A model generated the notes under the pieces. The model did not search any database and had not been told where the DNA came from. It was given only the letters and a program-made list of their open reading frames with translations. The position numbers were made by a program, and so were the translations under genes. From Spirochaetales bacterium (GTDB lineage: Bacteria > Spirochaetota > Spirochaetia > JABEVK01), in assembly GCA_037142615.1 (NCBI GenBank), contig JBAXAI010000004.1:1-64000 (forward strand): 64,000 bases of DNA, given 5' to 3'. Numbering within the stretch: position 1 is the first letter of the stretch; each line of letters starts with the position of its first letter. Below are positions 57,465 to 64,000 of the stretch, piece by piece.

Positions 57465-59542
57465 AGTTGGCTCCTGAGGGTGACGAGTTCGGTTTCGATG
57501 GCGTGTTTTTCTTCGGCTTCGCACTGGGGGCAGCTGAAATGCTCGCCAGCGAGGTAACCGTGGACGGGGCAAATGCTGAACGTGGGGCTGATGGTGAAGT
57601 ACGGGATGCGGTAGTTGCTGCACATGGCTTTCACCAGGCTGCGACACGCCTTCCAATCGCTGATGCGTTCGCCGAGGAACCCGTGGAACACGGTGCCGCC
57701 GGTGTACTTGGTCTGCAGGCTTTCCTGGTGGTCGAGCGCGTCGAAGATGTCGGCCGTGAAGTCGACCGGCAACTGACTGCTGTTGGTGTAGAACGGCTGC
57801 GCCAGCCCGCTGGTGATGATGTCGGGGTGGTGCTTGCGGTCGTGCAGGGCCAGGCGGTAGCTGGTGCTTTCGGCGGGGGTGGCCTCGAGGTTGAACAGGT
57901 CGCCGTAACGCTCCTGGTAGTCCTGCAGGCGCTCGCGCATGTGCACCAGAATCTCTTCGGCAAACTGCTTGCCCTCGGGGGTCTCGATGCCGTGCTCGCG
58001 GCCTAAGAAGTTCTGGCAGGTTTCGTGGATGCCGCTGAGCCCGATGGTGCTGAAGTGGTTGTCGTAGTGCTTCAAGTAGCGCTTGGTGTAGGGGAACAAG
58101 CCCGCGTCGGTGAGGCGGCTGATCACCTTGCGCTTGATGGTGAGGCTCTGCGCAGCGAGGTCCATCAGGTGGTCGAGGCGGTTGTAAAAGTCCAGTTTGT
58201 CGGGCTTTCCACCACGCGAGGCGAGGTAGCCGATGCGCGGCAAGTTGATGGTGACGACGCCGATGCTGCCGGTGAACTCGTCGCTGCCGAACAAACCGCC
58301 GCCTCGCTTGCGCAGTTCGCGTTTGTCGAGCTGCAGGCGGCAGCACATGGAGCGCACGTCGCTGGGGTCGAGGTCGCTGTTGAGGAAGTTCTGGAAGTAC
58401 GGGGTGCCGTACTTGGCGGTCATGTCGAACAGCAGCTGCGCGTTGGGGCTGTCCCACGCGAAGTCGCGGGTGATGTTGTAGGTGGGAATGGGGTAGGCGA
58501 ACCCTCGGCCCTGAGCGTCGCCGGTGATCATCACTTCGAGGAAGGCCTTGTTCACCAGATCCATCTCGGCCTGGCAGTCGCCGTAGGTGTAGTCCAGGTC
58601 CTTGCCACCGACGACGGCCTGGCGGTCCTTGAGGTCGCTGGGAACGGTCCAGTCGAGCGTGATGTTGGTAAACGGGGCCTGGCTGCCCCAACGGCTGGGA
58701 GTGTTGACGCCGTAAATGAAACTCTGCACGGCCTGCAGCACGTCGTCGTAGCTCAGGTGGTCTTCGCGCACGAACGGGGCCAGGTAGGTGTCGAAGCTGC
58801 TGAGCGCCTGCGCGCCGGCCCACTCGTTCTGCATCACGCCCAGAAAGTTGACCATCTGGTTGACCAGCGTGCTCAGGTGCTTGGCAGGGCTGGAGCAGAT
58901 TTTGTCGTTCACGCCGCCCAGGCCTTCGACGATGAGCTGTCGGAGGCTCCAACCGGCGCAGTACCCGCTGAACATGCTCAGGTCGTGCAGGTGAAAGTCG
59001 GCGTTCTGGTGGGCTTCGGCAATGGCCTCGGGGTACACGTTGCGCAGCCAGTAGTTGGCCGTCAGCGTGCCCGAGTTGTGCAGGATGAGGCCGCCCAGGC
59101 TGTAGTTCACGTTGGCGTTTTCTTTGACCCGCCAGTCGGCGCCCGAAAGGTAGCCTTCCATGGTCTCGCCGATGTCGAGCATGAGCTTTTTGCTGTCGCG
59201 CAGGGCCGCGTGGCGCTCGCGGTAGAGGATGAACGCCTTGGCCAGGTCGGCGTGGTTGCCCTCGATGAGCGCGACCTCGATGCGGTCCTGGATGGCTTCG
59301 ATATCGGGGGTGCCGCTCAGACCGTGGAGCACCTGGTTGGTCAGGTGGGTGACGAGGTCTTCATCGACCGCGCCGCGCACGGCGGTGAACGTTTTGCGGA
59401 GCGTCGCCTTAACGCGCTCAGGGTCGAATGGACGAGTCTCTCCGTCACGGGTGACGACGAGCGGAACGGGTCCGGCCGGCGCGATTTCCTGGCGTGTGAA
59501 CCCCAGAAAGTCCTGCCAGACTTCACGAGAACTATTGGACAT
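57461..59542 (-). CDS. nrdD: anaerobic (class III) ribonucleoside-triphosphate reductase, large part lacking the Gly-radical tail
   Basis: ATP-cone (VVTRDG..FD); SGYCAGW; SMCCRL; EATPAE; CPVHGY...CPQC; no RIVGY. Confidence 0.93.
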   Translation of the reverse strand: MSNSSREVWQDFLGFTRQEIAPAGPVPLVVTRDGETRPFDPERVKATLRKTFTAVRGAVDEDLVTHLTNQVLHGLSGTPDIEAIQDRIEVALIEGNHADLAKAFILYRERHAALRDSKKLMLDIGETMEGYLSGADWRVKENANVNYSLGGLILHNSGTLTANYWLRNVYPEAIAEAHQNADFHLHDLSMFSGYCAGWSLRQLIVEGLGGVNDKICSSPAKHLSTLVNQMVNFLGVMQNEWAGAQALSSFDTYLAPFVREDHLSYDDVLQAVQSFIYGVNTPSRWGSQAPFTNITLDWTVPSDLKDRQAVVGGKDLDYTYGDCQAEMDLVNKAFLEVMITGDAQGRGFAYPIPTYNITRDFAWDSPNAQLLFDMTAKYGTPYFQNFLNSDLDPSDVRSMCCRLQLDKRELRKRGGGLFGSDEFTGSIGVVTINLPRIGYLASRGGKPDKLDFYNRLDHLMDLAAQSLTIKRKVISRLTDAGLFPYTKRYLKHYDNHFSTIGLSGIHETCQNFLGREHGIETPEGKQFAEEILVHMRERLQDYQERYGDLFNLEATPAESTSYRLALHDRKHHPDIITSGLAQPFYTNSSQLPVDFTADIFDALDHQESLQTKYTGGTVFHGFLGERISDWKACRSLVKAMCSNYRIPYFTISPTFSICPVHGYLAGEHFSCPQCEAEEKHAIETELVTLRSQL

Positions 59543-59607
59543 GGTACCGAGCCTCCCAGCTTTCAGCGCTTCCCCAAGCGCATGGCGCTCAGCGAACGCC
59601 GAGCTAA

Positions 59608-59623
59608 CCCCTAGCTGTAGCGT
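59608..59623. promoter_or_regulatory. candidate NrdR box
   Basis: cccCTAgctgTAGcgt fits the CwA-N4-TwG core upstream of nrdD. Confidence 0.4.
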
Positions 59624-59729
59624 GTCAGCGGGGTTGTTTAGCAGGGTAAAACACTATGGAGAAGTTGACAAGGGTAAAACTCGGTAAACTTCTGCTGACT
59701 TGGCGTCAGTTCCGTGCGACACTGGTCGA

Positions 59730-60953
59730 GTGAAGAGCCGACTCACCCTAGCCTTGAACGAACTGATCAGCCTGATCCGCGATATCGGTACCGTCTACGA
59801 CCTGTCCGACGTGCTCAAGCGTGCCGCCGACGTGGTTGCCCGGGTGCTCCCCGCCAATCGCGTCACCATCATCATCGTGAACCGAGAGGAACGCGCCGTT
59901 GAGTACTTCTGCGAGGGTGGACACGGGGCGGGTGACACGGTGGAGTTTAGCTACGACGAGTTCGAGAACAGCCCTGCGGGTTGGGTACTTGAGCACCAGA
60001 CCAGCACCCGTTCCGACACTGGATCCAGTTTGGTTGTGCCGCTGCTGGTGGGCGGTACCGTGCGCGGGACCATGTCGGTCAACAACCGTGCCGACCAATC
60101 GGCGTTCACTGCCGACGACGGTACAGTGCTGGAGATCGTGGGTAACTTCTGTAGCGCCGCGTTTGAAAAGACGGCCGAAGTGTTGCGGGGGCAGCAGGTG
60201 AGCGCGGCCCTCGAAACGGCTAACTTGCTGCTGCGTCACGAAACCGACCTGAAAACCAAGCTGTTCAGCATCCTGGCCCACGACCTGCGCGGCCCTATGG
60301 GCAATGTTCGCGAGGCCCTCCGACTTCTCGTCGATGGTCCCGAGTTTGAAGCTTCGGATCGGCTGGAATTGCTGGCGTTGACGGCTGACTCTGCTGACAA
60401 GGCGTACGGTCTCACGGAAAACGTTCTCGGCTGGATCCAGAATCAGCTCGACCACGATCCGGAACGGTTCGTCGACACGTCGCTGGCCGAGGCCGTGGAT
60501 CAGGTGATCACATGGCTGGCGCCTTTGGCCGTAAAGAAGTCGATTCGCCTGGCCGCCGAGACGTCACCGGAACACCGTTTTTTCGCCGATGCGGGAAGCG
60601 TGGCTGCTATCGTGCGCAATCTGGCCTCGAATGCCATCAAGTTCTCACCTGCGGGGACCACCGTGACCCTTCGTACGTTGCGGGACGACGTCATGACCTG
60701 CGTCGAAGTGCAGGACCAAGGTGTCGGCATTCCTCAGGAAAAGGCCCAGGGGCTTTTCAGTCGGGCAAAGAACGACTCCACAAAGGGAACCAGTGGCGAG
60801 GCCGGCAGCGGCTTGGGCTTGATGTTCTGCTGCGACTTGGCGCAGAGCTTCGGGGGAATTCTGGAAGTAGAGAGCGAGGTGGGCCGGGGGTCCCTCTTCC
60901 GACTGGTCGTTCCCAACGGTTCGGGAACCGACAACGGCGGGATGGAGTTTTAA
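59730..60953 (+). CDS. GAF-domain sensor histidine kinase
   Basis: GAF (LVVPL...GTMSV); ILAHDLRGP; NAIKFS, DQGVGI, GSGLGL. Confidence 0.9.
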   Translation: MKSRLTLALNELISLIRDIGTVYDLSDVLKRAADVVARVLPANRVTIIIVNREERAVEYFCEGGHGAGDTVEFSYDEFENSPAGWVLEHQTSTRSDTGSSLVVPLLVGGTVRGTMSVNNRADQSAFTADDGTVLEIVGNFCSAAFEKTAEVLRGQQVSAALETANLLLRHETDLKTKLFSILAHDLRGPMGNVREALRLLVDGPEFEASDRLELLALTADSADKAYGLTENVLGWIQNQLDHDPERFVDTSLAEAVDQVITWLAPLAVKKSIRLAAETSPEHRFFADAGSVAAIVRNLASNAIKFSPAGTTVTLRTLRDDVMTCVEVQDQGVGIPQEKAQGLFSRAKNDSTKGTSGEAGSGLGLMFCCDLAQSFGGILEVESEVGRGSLFRLVVPNGSGTDNGGMEF

Positions 60954-60994
60954 TCGACCGACTTCATACTGACGAAAGCAAGATCTCTCTGGGA

Positions 60995-61160
60995 TCAAAC
61001 GAGCAGAATACCCGTATCGTAGGCCGCCACCTGGGCCTCGCTGGTGACCAGGCGGTAGGGCTCGTGCAAAGCCTGAGCACCGAGAAGGCGATCAAAGGGA
61101 TCGGTGTGTGCTTGATCGAGATCTCCCACACGGACGCCGCGCTCACGGCTACCTCGATAA
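60995..61160 (-). pseudogene. VapC/PIN toxin remnant
   Basis: VSAASVWEISIK joined out of frame to HTDPFDRLL.AQA..E...LVT. Confidence 0.75.
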
Positions 61161-62102
61161 AGACAAGAATCTCGTCGTTCCTCTGATCTTGGGCAACTAC
61201 CCCGTCCAAAACTTCGATAGCGGCAAGTCGCACAGGATCTTTGATGTATCGGTGCATTCCGACGATCCAACGGTCGTGGTCAGTGGGGGATATCTCGTGA
61301 ATCTCACCACGGGTGCGATGCTTCGAGTCGGCGACTCAGGGGCTTTTCCGTCGGCCCTGATGTATGGCGGCACACTCTTGTGGGGACGAACGGACGCGGG
61401 AGCGAGCGCCGGGGGAACGGTTGTCAACAAATCCCATTTCTATTCTTACCCCACCGAGACTGGGCTGACTACCGAGCTGGCCGGCATTGGCAACTTCTGG
61501 GTAGGGCAAGTGGCACCAGTGAAGCAAGTTGACCAAAGGTGCCGCGTCCGTGGATGCCACAGTCGTCACCCAGCTGACTTTTCCCGAAGGGTCGGTCGCG
61601 CCCCTGGGTGACCGTCCAACCCGACCCCACGTTGACAGTCGCCCGAGCCCTCAAAGTCCAGGTGGGGGACGAAACGGCTGCGAACAAAAACCTGCGATCT
61701 GCGGCGAAGAGTCTGGTCCTCGGGGGCGCGGGGACGCTCATTGGCCGAACGCCCATCGCGCTGGCGTTTCCCGATACGTTGGCCTATCTGGACCTCGTCG
61801 GTGGCAACTTGGTGATTCAGTCTGCCATCGAGGACGCGGTGCCGACCGTCAAAACTGTGACACTCCCAGCCGCGCTGCTTGCGGCCAACTCGTTTGATCC
61901 TGGCCTGCTTCAGGCGGGCGAGCACACCATTTTCTGGAAGGACCAGAAAACTATCCGCATCGCCTGGACGAAGGCCAACCAGATGACGACGGGGCTCGAT
62001 TCGATTGACCCGCCCGGGGGACGCCGCAGCCATGCGCGGCGTGGGGGGCGTGTCAGCCGGCCCTCTTGTGGCAAGGGTCTGACGCCCCCCGGACTCCTGT
62101 GA
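61150..62102 (+). pseudogene. fragmented beta-rich (surface-like) protein gene
   Basis: Protein-like reading switches frame near 61529 and 61608; no start found. Confidence 0.55.
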
Positions 62103-62115
62103 TAAACTAGGGCCC

Positions 62116-63318
62116 ATGGACCCTCGCCTCAAGGCCTATCAGAAGCAAAACGAACCGCCGAAAGCCGAGGCGACCAAACCCGCTGCGCCCAGGCCGGCGC
62201 CGACCGCGACGGCGCCCAAGTGGAACCAGTTTGTGCAGGATGCCGCCGTGCCGAAGACCAAGGCCGCGCCCGAGGCCAAGAAACCCGACCCGACGGCGCC
62301 AACGGCCATCGGCAAAGCGAGCCCCGACGGCGACAAATCGATCCGCAAGGTGGCCAAGTTCCTGATCTTGCTCGGGCAGGACGAAGCGGCCAAGGTGGTG
62401 CGCCACCTCGAGGCCAGTCAGATCGAGGCGATCAGCCACGAAATCGCCACCATCAAAAAGATCGACCCCTTGGAGGCCGAGCATATTTTGAAGGAGTTCG
62501 GCTACATCGCGGCCCAGCAGGTGGGGGTGATGCGGGGTGGCAAGGCGGCGGCGCAGGAGATCCTCGACGAGGCTTTTGGCAAGGAACGTTCCAAGAGCAT
62601 TCTCAACCGCGCCGTGCCCGAAACGCAGATCAAGCCGTTCCTGTTCCTCAAAGACGTCGAAAAAGAGGTGCTGCGCAGCCTGTTGGTCGGGGAATCGTTC
62701 ACGGTGCTGTCGATCGTGGTGCCCTTTTTGGAAAAAACCCAGGCCGCGGTGGTGATGAAGGGGCTTGATCCCAGCTTGAGGCTCGACCTGGTCAAACGGC
62801 TGGCCAAAATGGAAAAAGTCGCCAGTGAAATCGTCGCCAAGGTCGAAGAGGGCCTGCGCGAAAAGCTGCACAACATGAACCCGGCCACCACCGAAGAAAT
62901 CGACGGCAAGTCGCGGCTGGCCGACATTCTGCGGCACATGAGCGTCGACAAAGAGGAGCGCATCCTCAAGGACCTCGACAAGGCCAGGCCCGAGCTCACC
63001 GAGGAACTTCGGCGGCGCCTGTTCACGCCCGAACACCTGGTGCGCGTGGGCGACGACGGCTTTGAAGACATTCTGCGCGCCAAGACGGAGCAGCAACTGG
63101 CACTGCTGTGGCTGGCCAGCCACGACGAACTGCGGGCCAAGATCGAAAAGAACATCTCGACCCGGCGTTTCCTCATCGTGCAAAGTGAAATCGACCTGCT
63201 GCAGGAAACGCCGCGCCGCGAACTGCAAAAAGAAATGCGCTTCTTTCTCGAAGAGGTGCGCGAGGCGGTCCGGTCGGGCAAAGCGGCGCTGTTTGACGAC
63301 ACCGAGGAGTACGTATGA
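62116..63318 (+). CDS. fliG: flagellar motor switch FliG-family paralog with P/A/K-rich N-terminus
   Basis: KVAKFLILLG...A.VVRHL; RGG..A.EIL; PF.FL; DG....ADIL. Confidence 0.85.
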   Translation: MDPRLKAYQKQNEPPKAEATKPAAPRPAPTATAPKWNQFVQDAAVPKTKAAPEAKKPDPTAPTAIGKASPDGDKSIRKVAKFLILLGQDEAAKVVRHLEASQIEAISHEIATIKKIDPLEAEHILKEFGYIAAQQVGVMRGGKAAAQEILDEAFGKERSKSILNRAVPETQIKPFLFLKDVEKEVLRSLLVGESFTVLSIVVPFLEKTQAAVVMKGLDPSLRLDLVKRLAKMEKVASEIVAKVEEGLREKLHNMNPATTEEIDGKSRLADILRHMSVDKEERILKDLDKARPELTEELRRRLFTPEHLVRVGDDGFEDILRAKTEQQLALLWLASHDELRAKIEKNISTRRFLIVQSEIDLLQETPRRELQKEMRFFLEEVREAVRSGKAALFDDTEEYV

Positions 63319-63785
63319 TGGCGCAAGTCTGGATTGCCTACGTGCTGTGGCTCATGAGCGGGTTCGGGGCCCTGGGCTTTCACCGCTTCTACCTGGGCAA
63401 GATTCCAACCGGCATCCTGTGGATGTTTACCGGCGGCCTGGGCATGGTGGGGTCGATCTACGACTTTTTCACCTTGCGCGGCCAGGTCGAACAAGCCAAC
63501 TTCCGGCGAGGCTTCCTGGGTTCGCCTCAGTCGATCGAGGTGCACCACACCCGTGAAAAGCCACCGCTGGAACGGGTGATCCTGAACTTGGCCCAGCAGA
63601 ACTCGGGCCGGGTGACGGCAGCGCAGGTGGCCGCCGGCAGCGACTGGACGGTCGATCAAGCGCAAAAGGAACTCGACAACCTGGTGCGGCGCAACGTGTG
63701 CGAGCTCCGCGTGCTGAAAAGCGGTACCGTGGTGTACCACTTTGCTGAGTTTGACCCCGCGAGCAGTCAAGAGTTCGAGGTGTAG
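63315..63785 (+). CDS. TM2/NINE domain membrane protein with winged-helix-like tail
   Basis: AYVLW...G.HRFYLGK..TGILW.FTGG. Confidence 0.85.
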   Translation: MMAQVWIAYVLWLMSGFGALGFHRFYLGKIPTGILWMFTGGLGMVGSIYDFFTLRGQVEQANFRRGFLGSPQSIEVHHTREKPPLERVILNLAQQNSGRVTAAQVAAGSDWTVDQAQKELDNLVRRNVCELRVLKSGTVVYHFAEFDPASSQEFEV

Positions 63786-63786
63786 C

Positions 63787-64000
63787 ATGAGCGAAGCCCG
63801 AGCGTGGCGCGACAAGGTTGCGGCCGAGATCGGCAAGGTCTTTTTCGGTGACGGGCGTGCGGTGGACTGGCTCTTGACCAGCCTGCTCGCTGGCGGACAC
63901 GTGCTGCTCGAAGACGTCCCCGGGGTGGGCAAGACCCTGCTGGCCAAAGCGGCGGCGCAGGCTCTGGGCGGAAGTTTCGCCCGCGTGCAAGGCACCCCCG
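63787..64000 (+). CDS. moxR: MoxR family AAA ATPase (runs off the window)
   Basis: GGHVLLEDVPGVGKT...FARVQGTP. Confidence 0.9.
   Translation, partial: MSEARAWRDKVAAEIGKVFFGDGRAVDWLLTSLLAGGHVLLEDVPGVGKTLLAKAAAQALGGSFARVQGTP

Noticed and set aside
57000-58952. 650-aa ORF, or nrdD split as a simple frameshift error
   Set aside because: The upstream part is a shadow frame; SD, ATGA overlap and helical termini favour a genuine separate gene from 57464.
3160-59614. Many long antisense ORFs (e.g. 3160-4887, 41697-43577, 49833-51716, 58025-59614)
   Set aside because: Expected shadows of high-GC codon usage opposite well-supported genes; no motifs.
59643-59690. AGGGTAAAAC direct repeat and TTGACA
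   Set aside because: Only two copies and no -10 at correct spacing; function unsupported.
1-64000. CRISPR arrays, tRNA/rRNA, intact IS elements, riboswitches
   Set aside because: None recognised by eye; intergenic spaces are mostly short. Infernal and tRNAscan were not run.

Overview
GC-rich (roughly 60-65%, estimated by eye), gene-dense bacterial chromosomal segment, probably from a free-living spirochaete (inference from a stand-alone FliG paralog and the gene repertoire). Housekeeping and metabolic genes: rsmH-like, manA, sua5, hflX, pgeF, crtI-like, ilvE, srkA, cyoABCD, class III nrdD, fliG and moxR. Signalling content is rich: three histidine kinases, four class III nucleotidyl cyclases, a cyclic-nucleotide-gated channel, a cNMP-binding HATPase protein, and two divergent chemosensory operons whose only apparent outputs are cyclases. 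Main candidate novelties: (1) a FapD/FapF-like C39-peptidase plus beta-barrel export operon (23.2-25.8 kb) whose cargo is not amyloid but a leader-bearing L,D-transpeptidase/Tlde1-like enzyme, followed by a possible immunity gene; (2) two translationally coupled cyclase genes with complementary catalytic losses (C1-like and C2-like), suggesting a bacterial heterodimeric adenylate cyclase downstream of a His-less CheA; (3) a natively split class III RNR whose glycyl-radical tail sits on a small glutaredoxin-like fusion protein next to a bo3 oxidase operon. Also seen: a recurrent leaderless-promoter signature and several decaying accessory genes. No rRNA, tRNA or CRISPR array was recognised. All family calls come from motif reading by eye; no searches were run.
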